This document shows positions 15,731 to 30,016 of a stretch of DNA of 64,000 bases, piece after piece. Position 1 is the first letter of the stretch. Each line of letters starts with the position of its first letter. This stretch comes from the human T2T-CHM13v2.0 reference genome, Homo sapiens, in NCBI RefSeq assembly GCF_009914755.1, contig NC_060936.1. The stretch is one strand, 5' to 3'. The notes under the pieces were generated by a model. That model searched no databases. It had not been told where the DNA came from and worked only from the letters and a program-made list of their open reading frames with translations. Position numbers and translations under genes: made by a program.

Positions 15731-15837
15731 GAGGAATGAGAAGGGCTAACTTTCAGTTAAGATTTAAAATTTCTTTCCAATTAAGTGCTTAAATTAAAAA
15801 GCAACAAATGAATGTGCAGAAAAATGCAGTACACCTG

Positions 15838-16582
15838 ATGTATAATAAAGACTTATACTAGTTTTGTCCCTGATTCTTGGGAGGGAGATTCTAAAACCCC
15901 TGGAGTTTCCCAAATGACAGAAGTTTCTGTGTTATTCATGAGCCCTTGGATCACATCTGAGTTTAGGCTAAGAGATGGGATGACTCAGCAGGAGAGAGGC
16001 TGGTCACCAGAAAGACCAACTGCATGATTAGAGAGCTTTGAGTCAGCCCGGCTCTGGAGAGTACAAGGGGGCTGAGACTGAGCTCAATTATACGGCAGAT
16101 GATTAGGTCAATCATGCCTACGTAATGAAACCCCTGTGAAAACTTTGGACATTGAAGCTCAGTGGAGCTTCCTGGTTGGTAAACACATCACCGTACCAGA
16201 AGGGTGATGTACCCAGATTCCACAAAGACAGGGCACAGAAGCCCTGCGTTCAAAACCCACTCAGATCTTGCCCCATGTGTCTCTTCATTTGGCTGTTGCT
16301 GATCTGTGTCCTTTATAATAAAACTGTAATGGCAAGTACTGTGCTCCTGTGAATTCTGTGAGTCATTCTAGTGAATTATCAAACTGAAGGGATGATGGTA
16401 ACCCCTGAATTTGTACCTATTTGGTCCAAAGTATGAGTGGCCTGGGGTCACCCAAAAAGCAGTTGGCGTATGAAGTAAGGGCATCTTTTTGAGGACTATG
16501 CCCTGGAACTTGTGTGGTCTGTGCTGACTCTGGGTGGTTAGCCCGGGAATTATACTGCAGTATGTTACCAGTTGGTGTCAGG
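15838..16582 (+). mobile_element. MER21-family LTR (MER21C-like), near full-length solo LTR
   Basis: tgtataataaaga...ttttgtccctgattcttgg...ttctaaaacccctggagtttccc...ctttataataaaactgtaat...cagttggtgtcag. Confidence 0.78.
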
Positions 16583-16877
16583 ATAGCATTACAGGTCATT
16601 GTCACTGCATAAGATGGGATGGACCTGGGGAGAAATTTTTATCCACAGCCAGGTCCTAATGAGAAGGGAGTGTTTTAGTTCCACTGCCACTCTCTCCTAA
16701 ACAATGAGCAAATCCATGTAAATATTACATGATAAAATGGACTTACCTGCTAAAATCTCTTACCATTTTCTTTTGGGTTATTTTCCCCCATGCGGAATTT
16801 TCACTAAAATATAACTAGCTCCACTAACAGTTTCAAATAAATCAGTCTGTTACTACTAGTTGGCAAACACGAATTTA

Positions 16878-17193
<316 letters not shown>

Positions 17194-19871
17194 AAACACG
17201 AGTCTTATGTATGATTTCCAAAACTCCCATCTTCAATTTCATTCTGTTTTCTCTCCTGAAACATCCCAGTTTTGTTGTCTCCAGGGACCAGGATATCATT
17301 GCCCTCTGGATGGCCCATTGACACCATACATGGAATGAGCTGGCAACCAAAATCAGTGTGCCTGAATGTTTGAGGAGAGAGGATAAAAACTGATATTTCA
17401 GTCATTAAAAGTATTCTTCAAGTCACCCAAACTCAAAACCTTAGTCTTCTTTTTCCCTTTCTCCTAAATACTCTGTCAGCAAGCAGTTTTCTTAAGTTCT
17501 CTTTCACCTAAAGTCAGGAAGTCAGAAAACTGGTGCTAGAAAGGACCTTAGAGATCAATTATTTCATTCATTTACTCAATAAATATTTATTAAGACCCTT
17601 TGGGTTTCAGAAATAGTTCTAGGTACTGGGGAAACAGTTACCAAGACATCAAGAGTCCAGTTCACAAGGAAACAAAGACAGTGAAAAACAGGTAACAACT
17701 CCACAGGCAAGTAATTTGAGATAGTGGTAAACGCTTTGGATAGACTATGACGAAGTGCTCTTATAGAGGGCCTGAGGTCTTTAGGTGGATTGGCCACAAA
17801 AGGAAGATTTTATTTTCTGAAGATAAGCATTCCAGGTGAAGGGAACAGCAGAAGCCAAGGTTGGCAGAATTGAAAGCCTCATAAAGAAGATCAGGAAGGC
17901 TGAGCCTAGTGAGAGAGGCAGGTACGGGGTTGGGTGTACAGGAACCGAGCCCTCTTGGTTTATGGATTGTCACTCTTGGTCAAATCTTCTTTCCACCACA
18001 CCCATCCCTTCCTATTTCCAGTTCCTTCTATCACATTTTTCATCAGTGTGATGGTCACTGATTTTCCTTCTGCCAGACTCTTGCCCCTTCATGAAATCCT
18101 GCTATAGACTCTTTGATACTTCCTTAAAATCGGATTTTTAAAAAAATCACATAATTCCTCTACATAAAAGTCATCAATGCCTCTCCTGTGTTTGAAGGAT
18201 CAAACAGGAACTCCTTACCCTGAGAATTAATTCCTGTTTCCCTTTAGCTCCAACCTAATCCAGGTGGGTTCACCTACTCTCTGAGCTTCAATTATTCAGA
18301 TCTGCCTATTTTCCTTTATACACAAGGTCCTCTTCCCATGCTAGAGGACAGCTCCTCATCTTAGCTCATCAAATATTGCTGCCTGTTATTAACTCATCTT
18401 TATGACCATATATTATTATTTCTCATTAGGCCCAAGATTCCTGAAGCAGGGAATTTATTCATCCTTTATTTGTGCTCTCCTGCAGGATCTTATCCATTGC
18501 CCTAGATCATGGTAGGCACTAAGCAAAAGTTGTTGAATAAATAATAATTTATTGAGCCCTGAAATGCTATTCTAACACTCATACATATTTTACAGTTTAA
18601 TTTAAAATGTACTGTCTGTTAGATAATGCAAAAACATTAAATTGTTTAATCCTTAGGAAACGCTGAATGTAGGGATGTTTACGCATTTTACAGATGAAGA
18701 TACTGAGGTACAGGGAGGTTAAATGCCTGCCCAAGGCTTCCAAAGTCCCTGAGTCTGTCTAAACCACCACATCGCACTGTGTCTAACACACAACAGCACC
18801 CCTTCCATTAACGCTCTTTCTACAATCCAGACTCTTATTTCATTTATTCTTGGACACAAGTGAGTTATACATCAGAAAATAAAGTGAGGCAACTGTGATA
18901 CTCTCAAGTAAGAATAACTTTTATCACCCCAATAAAATGGGTTATCTTATTATATATCTGTTGGCAGTATGTCTTTGTTTTCTAAAACAGCATTTTCAAA
19001 CTGGGTTTAGTGCTTCCAAATGGTACTGGGTCCTAAGCTTGGGAAACAGAAATTCTCACAGGCCCTTCAGCATAGGTGTAGCCTGAGACAGTGGAAATTC
19101 CTCGCGCCTCCCACTGCCCCCCGACCCCAGCCAGAATCACCATTTAATTTTCTCTTAGAGGGTCTGGATCCATGTCTTCGAAGAAAATTCACTGTCTGTC
19201 CATAATCAGTGTTGTCCTACTGAAAAGGCCGCAGCACAAGGGTGTAATCATGTGGACTGCATAACATCAGAACTTAACAGCCAGACAACAGCTGGGGAAA
19301 GCTGATCCACATATGATCCCCCCAAGGAATACAATGGAAATAGTCAAATCTGGACCACTCTAAAACTCCTGTCCCAGTTGCTTCTGGTTTGTAAGATAAA
19401 ATAAACATTAATATACCCACAACTTCATGTAAAGAAATATTTTAAATATTTTAGAGTTATCAGAATTTTAGAACCAGGACAGAAGAGATAATGGAAGTCA
19501 CTTGGATTCTCATTATGAATGAAGAATCCACATCTGTGGCAATCAAGTCTCTTCTCAAAGTCATAGGCCTACCTAGTGCATCCAGGACCCAGGGCCTTTA
19601 TATCACAACCTGTTGCCAAGAGAGTCAAAAGAAATCCCTGAGTAATTACCTCTGAAAAGTTACAGGTACCTTTGCAAATAAACCACCTCTGAATTTGGCC
19701 ATTTTTGAATTTCAGGTTCTGGTGAACTGGTGCTTTTTATGTCATTTGTATTTGGAATGCTTATCAATAACCTCACACAATGGCAAAAACACTTGAAATC
19801 TTTCTTAAGAGTTAACAATCACAGTAGAACCCCAATTCAGAAGGAAACTTGGAGGGCCGGAATATTATTTC

Positions 19872-19954
19872 TCCAAGTACTAACCAGGCCCAACTCTGCT
19901 TAGCTTCTGAGATCAGAGGAGATCGGTTGCATTCAGAGTGGTATGGACACAGAC
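19872..19954 (-). pseudogene. 5S rRNA retropseudogene, nt 1-83, 3'-truncated and tailless
   Basis: The reverse complement GTCTGTGTCCATACCACTCTGAATGCAACCGATCTCCTCTGATCTCAGAAGCTAAGCAGAGTTGGGCCTGGTTAGTACTTGGA matches human 5S nt 1-83 with about 11 substitutions. TSD c[g/a]gaatattatttct at 19858-19872 and 19955-19969. Probably an annotated RNA5SP locus (RNA5SP354 from memory, unverified). Confidence 0.95.
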
Positions 19955-22068
19955 CAGAATATTATTTCTAAAGCAAAAAATATGTGCTTTATACTGGAAC
20001 TTTTTCAAATGTTGGAAAAAATGAAAAAGCTGATTACATGTGTGAAAAATGCCTCAAGTTCTTCACTTGAAGGAGCCCAAAATGTATTCTTTGGAAAATG
20101 AAATAAACATCCTTTGTTGCTTTCATGATATAACCTAGAAGCAGGCAGAGCTTGCCCCTAGCCTCCCAGGGTAAGGATAGAAGTAAACTAGATGACATTT
20201 CTTCTTATGTAATTTGGGTTCTGACTCAGAATTAGCTCCTACCACTCCTGTTCACAGTATGTCTGTCCTCATGTCCTCTCTGCGGCACTCCGGATGGTGT
20301 CATACCACACCTCTTTGTGGTAAGATCTGTCTTAACATCACTTGTAAACTCAAATGGATTCAATGGTTCCAGCAATGCAAATATTTATGGAAGCTCCCAA
20401 CTTTTGGTTAGACAAAGGAACAAATGCCAAACAGGTTTGTGTCAGACAACAATATAGGAAGCCCCTCTGCCTGACCTTCGCTTGATGGTAATACTCACTA
20501 TTTAGCTATGTAAAACCTGTGGTGACTTGTCTAGGATCTGCCTTCAGCTCTAAACAGGTAACTGTGCAACAGGCCATGGCTGTCTTTATCTCCTCTGCGT
20601 CCCTTTCCAGATGTGGGCGCAGCATCTAGGACATTATAGGTGCTATGTATTTATTGAACATATGGAAGTTGACCTTTGCCTAACCTATAAAAGAAACACT
20701 ATGTAGAATCAGTGAAGACTTTGAACATTGAATGGTTTAAGAATGTTTTGAATCCACAAAATAGTATTTAAAGTTAGCCATATTATTTATTTAGCCAAAT
20801 ATTTTAAGTAGATGTGGGAGATTAAACATTTGTTGAACAGTAACTGTGAGCCAGACACCATGTTAGGTGCTAGGATAGATGTGATTGTGTTTAATCCACA
20901 CAGGAATCCTAGTAAAGGGGAGTACAGAGGAGGAAACAGACTCAGAGAGCTGCGGTAACTTACCTCAGATGCTATTATTTCCAAAACATCTTGATCTCTA
21001 AATCCCATCAAAGTAGCTGACTCCACTAACCTGATATTAAATGACTAATCTCTGAAATCCAAGTGCTGAATCACTTTTGTAAAATTCAGCAATTATTTTT
21101 CAGAAATTCCCTTAGATAAAATTAGTCCCAAATCCTATGGACATGCGGTTGCCTGATAACCTTATCTAAAACAAGAGTAGTATTTCAGCTTAATTGCCAT
21201 CTTAACTAATTACTTACAATATGGCATGGGCTATGCTAGCCTATTAAAAACCATTAGACAGAATTCGTGTGGCTTTACAGTATATAGTTCTTATTCCCAC
21301 AACTTACATTTTGATGGCATCTGTTACTCCCTGGAAGAAAGCCAGAGTTTCTAAGTAAAATGTATCAGTCCTAACAATGTGGACATTATTATTCCAGAAA
21401 GCCAACTGAGAATTGAACAAGATCTTACCGTAATGACTAGAACTGGGAAACAAGAATTTTCTTCAGCACAGCAGGAGGAAATCTTTTTATTAAGGTTATG
21501 AGAATCAGAGAAGTGAACATCCCTTCATAAGTCTAAAATAAATGACTTAGGATGGGTTATCATTTCAAAAAAGCTTCCATATACTGAACATGTCCAAGTT
21601 ACTTTGCTCTAAACATTTGGGTTTGCAGCATAATTTCATACTAAAATGTAATCAATGTCAGATCACATGATATCCACAAACTGACCACACCACCTCTAGG
21701 TTCACTGGCTAATGAAAAGTCAACATCCTCTTTCAGAGCCCCACTATGAAAACTGTTTTTCTCCTGGTTCTACTTTTTGATGAGTAAAATCTGAGTAGTA
21801 GACTTTTGACATTATTATCATCATTATTATTAAATAACAGGGATAGGTCTGTGCTATTCCAAGTCTGAGGGCATGCTTTTTCTGAATTTCTCAGTCTATA
21901 TAGTTTCCTTTGCATAGCCTTACCTAAATCTGTGATTTCAGCTATCAAGTATACTCCAGCAACTTACAAATCTTTGTGATCATTTAAGAAATCTTTACTG
22001 AGTATCTAATATATACCAGGCACTTTTCTATTCTCCTGGGATGCCCTAGTGGATAAAATAAAATCTGG

Positions 22069-22313
22069 CAGCACTTTGGAAGGCCAATGTGGGCAGATCA
22101 CTTGAGCTCAGGAGCTCGAGACCAGCCTGGGCAACATGGAAAAACCCCGCCTCAACTAAAAATAGAAAAATTAGCCAGGCATGGTGGCGTGTGCCTGTAG
22201 TCCCAGCTACTTGGGGGCACTGAGGCAGGAGGATCACCTGAGCCTTGGGAGGCCGATGCTGCAGTGAGCCAGGATCATGTCTGAGCAAAAGGGCGAGACC
22301 CGGTCTCAAAAAA
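22069..22313 (+). mobile_element. Alu (AluJ-like), 5'-truncated
   Basis: Starts at cagcactttgg; carries gcctgggcaaca and ggaggatcacctgagcc (J-type positions) and an internal deletion in the right arm. Confidence 0.88.
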
Positions 22314-22910
22314 GACACTAAAATCTTATCCTTGTGGTAATTAACCTTTTTTAGTAGATTGTCCATTTTAGATTTCTCATCCGAATTACAGACCTATATA
22401 CTCAGTTTTGTATTAGAATTCTTAATTTCTAACTTACAATTGTGGAGGTATCATCTAAAATATCTCGAAAATGAAAATGCCTTGAAAATGTCCAAGTCCA
22501 CATATGCACTTAGGCACTATAAGCCAAACTGAGATGATCACATCTCCTCAACTTATTCCTGTGGAACCCTTTCCCTCTCCCCAGTGCTCAACCCTCCCTC
22601 CCCTGACTCTCTGAGGTCAGGGACCTAAACAGTCTTCCCCTTACCTTCATTAAAACTTCTACCTTAATTTTTTCATAGCCATCATTTCTTTTCAATTTCC
22701 AGTGGCATTTCCTTAGTACCAGATCTCATTATTGTTGCTGGGTAATAAAATCTTTCTGCCTGTTTATTTTTTTTTCTTCCAGGATGGCTCCCTTGAATCC
22801 ATTTCGTATACTGCTATAGAGCATGCTTTCTAAAATGTAAATCTGCTCCTGTCTCTTTGGTTTAATATCTCTGCAGGGCTTCCCTTAACTTTCAGGATAA
22901 AGTAAATCAA

Positions 22911-23249
22911 TTCTTTCTTTTTTTTTCTTTCTTTCTTTCTTTCCTTTCTTTCTCTTTCTCTCTCTTTCTTTCTTTTTCTTGACTAAGTCTCACTTGGTCA
23001 CGCAGGCCTGAGTACAGTGGCTGACTGCAACCTCCACTTCCTGTTCTCAGGCAATCCTCCTGCCTCAGCCTCCTTAGTAGCTGGGACTACAGGAGTGTGC
23101 AACCATGCCCAGCTAATTTTTGTATTTTTAATAGAGACAGGGTTTCACCATGTTGATCAGGTTGGTCTCCAACTCCTGACCTCAGGTGATCCACCTGTCC
23201 CAGCCTCCCAAATTGCTGGGATTACAGGCATGAGCCACCATGCCCGGCC
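22911..23249 (-). mobile_element. Alu with (TTTC)n/(CT)n tail, inserted in L2
   Basis: TSD caggataaagtaaa at 22893-22906 and 23250-23263; L2-like sequence on both flanks (about 22480-23625). Confidence 0.92.
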
Positions 23250-24498
23250 CAGGATAAAGTAAAAATTTGTAAGCACACAAGGCCCTTTGCAACCTGGCTC
23301 CTGGTTACTACTTTAGCCTCCTGCCCTCCCAAATGTCCTCACTGTTTTTCTAGACATACCTACCTGCTCCCTCTACGTGTTCCATCTTCATTTACCCGAT
23401 CAGCCTCAAGCATCCAGGCATGACCTCCATGAAGCCTCCCTTCCCAAGCCCTAGGCTCTGGCAGACTCCACTGCTGCCGTGTGTTATCATCACTCCTTTA
23501 TCTATTTCCTTTATTTTACCAAAGCTTCCCAAGGGAAGTTAGAGAATCTGCCTCAACTCTGCATCTCTAAACCAAGCCTAGCACCTCGAACACAATAACA
23601 CTCAATCTGCATTTGTTGAATAAACACATCTTTAAAAAATAAAAAATGATTCATTGTCCTGCATTTTCAAGGCATTTTAGATCACACCTCCACGAATGCA
23701 GCTTAGAGATTAAAAATTCTAACTCCTAAAAATATTGGAGAAACAGAAACAGCTTTCTTCCTTCTAAAGGATGTCTTTTGGCTTTTGGTTTTGAGGTTTT
23801 CCCTACCTGTTCTCCAATACTTGATTTACACATATTTAGCCTTTGTCAAATTTTACCTGATTATTCACTAGAAGAAGGCATAGCTAAAGGTAAAATCATA
23901 GACATCGGTCCCAGGAAAATCTGGATTTGCATCCTAGTTCAAGTACTTATTTACAGAGCACCTGGGATGACTAACATTTTTCTGAGCCTCAATTCACATA
24001 AAATGGGTATAAATAAGATAACACGCAAAGTTGCTAACACATATCATATCCTTAATTCGTTTCCTTTCTTGTTCTCACACTTTTCTTTTAAGATACACAC
24101 TTTGCCTGGAACATATTCCCCTCCATCCTTCTATCAAAATCCTCCTCATTTTTAGCTCGACTCTCCTCAAAATCTTCTCGGTGAAACTGTCCTTAGTGCC
24201 TTCGACCAGAAAGAACCTGTCCTCTGTGCTCCAGTGGCTCTATATCTTATTTATTTTGTTCAACGAATTTATGCTGAGTGCCTACTATATACTGGGCATT
24301 AATTTAGGTGCTGGGAATACAGAAGAGAACAAAGCAGAAGTGTAAATGCCTTAATGGGGTGCATATGGTACTGATGAAGAATAAACACTCCAATAAATAT
24401 AAAAACAATTTAAGGTCAGATCAATATAAAGCTAAAGGAAATAAAGGGTGGTGGGCTAGGAAGTAACGGGAATGGGGATGTCAGGGAAGGCACAGACA

Positions 24499-24546
24499 TG
24501 CAAAGAGCCAGAGGACCATGACTGCAAAGAGCCAGAGGACCATGAC
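24499..24546. repeat. Perfect 24-bp tandem duplication
   Basis: tgcaaagagccagaggaccatgac twice, within a reverse L2 fragment. Confidence 0.95.
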
Positions 24547-25544
24547 CACAAGCAGAAGGCACACGTGGGCCGAGGCTCCCATCAGGGAAAAGCATGGCAT
24601 TTTTGAGAAAAGAAGGGCCAATGTGGCTGACTGTTGTTGGCTAAGGGACGTGGGATGAAATGAGACTGGTAATATAGAATGGGGCCAGACTATATAAGCA
24701 GTCTGTGAAGGATTCTGGATTTTAATCTAAGTGCCATGGACAGGTTTTAAGCAGGGGTGCAGTGGTGTGATTTGACTTAAGGTTTCTCTGGCCGCTGAAT
24801 GTCTGTACCAGAGTTCGTTCTGATTTGCACAGTCATTTCTGGTGAATAAAGCTGTCCTTCTAGTTATAGTGTGGTCCTGGGAGGGCAATGATATTTTATT
24901 CTTATTCTTATCAGTGCCTCATGCATAGTTCTCCTCAGTAAATACTCGTCAAATTAAATTGAAACATCCTGCAGCCTCTTTTTCTTTCTCGCCTGCAATT
25001 GTAATAATTGTAATTGTAATACTTCTAATCTTTGTAGGAAGTATGCAGTTGCCAACCAGCTCTGAACGAGTTCTCTTTTTTTCCTATTTGAATTCCTCTC
25101 AGGCCTTCCTGCCATTGTAGGATTGTCATCTGACTTCCTGTCTCCTAGCCAGGTCTACTCCCTGCCCTGTGGACTGAATTTTTATAGTCCTTCTGTAAAG
25201 TGCCATGTGCGCTGCCGAGAGGGTTGGGTACAGCTGGCCTTGCTTGTTCCCAAAGGAATCACAACTTCTAGCTTTACACATTGTATGGGATCGAATACTA
25301 ATAGACATTTATTGACCACTTGCATGCACCTGGCACATTATGGGCATGGCATCCGTTTGTGCAAGCTGTGCCACTTTGGGCAAGCTACCAATCCTCTCGG
25401 AGCCTCAGTTTCCTCATGTGTACAATGGGGATAATAAGAACAATAGGATCTGCCTCCTAGAGTTGTCACGAGGCTTTAAAGGAGATCATGCATGTAAAGC
25501 ACTTAGCATAGCACAGGCACTTATCTAATGTCAGCTGGATAAGT

Positions 25545-25672
25545 AGTCAACACTTACCCATGTCAGTTATATTAGTGGTAGTGTTGTTAGTGGCATGATT
25601 AGTGGCTATTATCCACAGTCAATACTTATCCATGTCAGTTACGTTAGTTGTAGTGTTGTTAGTGGCATGATT
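25545..25672. repeat. 56-bp direct repeat x2, period 72 bp
   Basis: Copies at 25545-25600 and 25617-25672 differ at 5 positions; spacer agtggctattatccac. Confidence 0.9.
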
Positions 25673-28603
25673 TTATTGAATCCTCATAGCAGCTCTGCAA
25701 AAAAAGTGCAGTTATACCCAGTACCAATATTTAGCTGGTATGCAAAGATATGGCTGTACTGCAATATCTCCTGATTGTCAAGTAAGCCCCTCTCATAAGC
25801 CCTCCAAATACGCCCTCCCCCTATACCCCTGCAGATTTATCTGCCCTAGTCTGCCTCTGGGATCCCCACCACGCCTCCTCTGCATGATCCAACAACTGAA
25901 GGGTTAATGCCTGATACAGCCAGAGGCCTCCAGAGTCCTAGCTCACTTCAGTTGGCTTCTATTTTGAGTTCTAACTGGCCCATTATACATATTTTATCAA
26001 TGGGTACATTGAAGTACAGAGGAGATAAGTAAAGTCACTAATCTTGTAAATGGAAATCCTAAGAAATCAAACTTCAGATTCATATGCTCAGGTTTGTTCC
26101 TTCACACGGAACTTCTCCTTAAACACTGATTAGAAAAGCTAACAAAAGCCACTTGGGTTCTGTAACTCTGTGGCCAATCACCCGAACACTAGCAGATCTA
26201 CAGTTTCTGATCAATTCAGGAAGTAACCTAGAACATCTCAGGTTCAGTGTCTTACCTGCCTTCCCTCATTCTTATTCTCCATGGCAATTCTACCCATGAA
26301 AATCATTTAAACACTAGTTGGTCCAAATCCTTTTATCCTCACTTCCAGCACCAAAGTCTAACAACCTAAGCACTGGACCAGAATCCTTAAGATGAAGTCT
26401 TCTTCTTCATCTTCATCTTAACAGCATTCAGCCACACTGTTAAGTACCTATTACTTCTGTCTCTGTTTCACAAACTAATAAGAGGAATAGAAAGATGTTA
26501 ACATCTGTGCAAAAATGAGGTAATTCATGGTCTTACACATGAATACTAAAGAGAAAATGAGAATAACATAGGGGACAGATCCCATAGTGACAATAAAAAT
26601 CCAGAGAGGGGCATTTTAAAAGATCCATCTTAAATTACAGACACATGTCTGGACTTAAAATGTGGGAAGTGAGGGTGGTATCTCCCTGAACGCTCAAATT
26701 TACTTTTTAATTGTGCATTCTGAGCTGCAAAGACCCCCTTGGCTTTCCTTGAAATGTAAACATTTAAAATTAAGTTCTGAAGTCTTTAAAATAGTGTTTA
26801 GTTAAAGATTAAGCAGTTACATAATTGGCTTAATGAGATCCAATTACAAAATTAGTGTAAATTAGAAGTAATAGAACAGAACATATAATTTCATAATTAT
26901 GACACATAACAATAATGCAGAAATTAAGTTGGCCAGTGGTGCTAAAGCAGGAGGGGTGCATAGAAATCTTAGAAGACTCGATGGCTTTCATGAGCCCAAA
27001 CATCTCCCCTCCAACAGTTACTGCTCAAAAATATGTTTTAACTAAACAAGACTGATTTTGATTTCCAGACTCAGAAAACAACATTTGGGAAATTGCTAGT
27101 TCTTTCCCCTCCTTATGTGGCTAAAGTACTGGGTGACTAGATGGGTAGATTTATTTCCTATCTCATTAAAGTATGACCTTTCTTTTTAAGGTCTTAACAG
27201 ATCATGGCAAGGAGGAATTCATTCTTAAGGGTGAGTTATGCTGAAAACCCCACCAGTGTGCATCCCCACCCCTCTGCTAGGAGAGCAGGGGAAGGCCTAC
27301 TCCTGTGGGAGGGAGAGGCTGGGTTGGAGAGACACGATGAGAGAGGCCACAGATGGATTAATGTGCCTACAGCCTCATCTTTCAAATCAGCCCTCTGATT
27401 TGGGTCAAGGGACATAACCCTTCCTGCTGTATTTTTATCCTTCAGTTTTCAAAAGAAGGGACAGATAGCATTTGACTAATGAGAAATTTGTGTTGCAATG
27501 TCTCACATCTATCTTGGTATATCTTTCTGTAAATTATGTCCAACTCCCAGAGGGCTAAAAAGAAACCATTCATTTATTTATTAATTCACCTATTATTTAT
27601 TCATTCAATAAATGTTTTGAGTTTCGTGGGAGAAGAGGCAATTTCCTATTTATCTTTATACAGCAAATCTTTAGCACAGGTGCCAGCATACAGAGACATT
27701 CAATGTTTAGTGAATTGCTGTTAATACATATTACAGATATTACCTGCCCTGGTATTGTGCATAACAAAGATTTTCTCTATACCTGATTATAGCTTTCAAG
27801 AAACTTATATTTTAGTTACGACAGACAATTATTATGTTAACAAAAACATGAGTTAAATTGTCTTCATCAACACTGCTGCAATGTCAGAGTGCAGTTGTTA
27901 ATCAAGAGAAAAATAAATAGACGAGTTTGCAACTGTGATGCAGTAAAAGGAGGAAACGGTTCCCGAAAACCCATGGCCATGACATGGGGAGGGTGGCCAT
28001 CCAGGTCTCACTAGCAGCCCAGTGCTGTCAGAATACTTGTGGAGGCAGCAGCTCTCCAGACACGCATGCCGCCTGCTCTTATACAGACCTCTGGTTTGGA
28101 TCCTGCTATTTTTCAAATTAAGTACAAATATCCGTTAATATACCTCAGCAAATGAACACTGGTAATCTGAAAATGACCCCAAAATGTTAGAGAAACATCT
28201 AAAAGTCTTGGGTATTTTTTCTAATGATGTCTATTTTTGTTTGTTCCTCCTCAGTCATCATCCTTTGCTTAATGGGAGAAGCAAAGGGGCTTAGTGATGC
28301 TCAAAGGCCATTATCAGTATGGGATGGAGGATTTATCCTTTCATACCTTTTCCTCTAGTTTTCTAAATTTTCTTTTATTATTTTTACTTTCCTGTATGGT
28401 CGCTCCTTTTCCCTTCTTACTTTCTGTTCCCAGCAAACACTAGCTCAAAATATCATTTATTTTATCAAACATGAGGGTTTACATCCCCAAAATACCTTGA
28501 TCTACTCATATTTCCCTGAACAATATCCCAGAAGATGCTCCATGTTAATTCAAATAATCAAACAGTGGCTATTTAAATAGCTTGGTTTAGAATTTGAAGG
28601 TAA

Positions 28604-28906
<303 letters not shown>

Positions 28907-29157
28907 GAATTTGAAAACAGAGGTAAGAAAGTTTTAAGTTTTGATTAATATTTCAGACCCCGATCCTATTATTGGATGGATACAAAGACACATATGTGTT
29001 TCCTGCGATTCTAACCCTTAGAAGCAATGTATTACTTTATTTACAATGTATGTTTGATATAGTATGGATATCTGTCCCCTCCAAACTTCATATTAAAATG
29101 TCATCAATAGATACAATATTCTCTATTATCTGAATTTTACAAATGAAGAAACTGAGG

Positions 29158-29571
29158 TGCTATGGCTTGGATATGGTTTGTCTCCTCCAAACCTCATGTT
29201 GAAATTTGATCCCTGGTGTTGGAGGTGGGGCTTAGTGGGAGGCTTTTGGGTCATGGGGGCAGATCTTTTATGAATTGTTTGGTACCCTCCCTACAGTAAG
29301 GAGTGATTTCTCACTCTATTAGTTCACTCTGGACTTAGTTGTTAAAGACTTCCCTCCCCTCTCTCTCGTTCTCTCTCTTGCATGTGACACACCTACTCCC
29401 ACTTCACCTTCTGCCATGAGTGAAAGCTTCCTGAGGCCTCACCAGAAGCTGAGCAGATGCCAGTTCCATGTTTGTACAGCCTGCAGAACTGTGAGCCAAA
29501 TAAACCTCTTTTCTTTGTAAATTACCCAGCCTTAGGTATTCCTTTACAGCAATGCAAAACAGACTAACACA
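29158..29571 (+). mobile_element. MaLR solo LTR (MSTB/MSTC-like)
   Basis: tgctatgg.ttggatatggtttgtctcctccaaa...gcagaactgtgagccaaataaacctcttttctttgtaaattacccagc...gactaacaca. Confidence 0.9.
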
Positions 29572-29609
29572 GTGCTTTAATGGATATTAGTATAAATATT
29601 CCTTACTGA

Positions 29610-30016
<407 letters not shown>

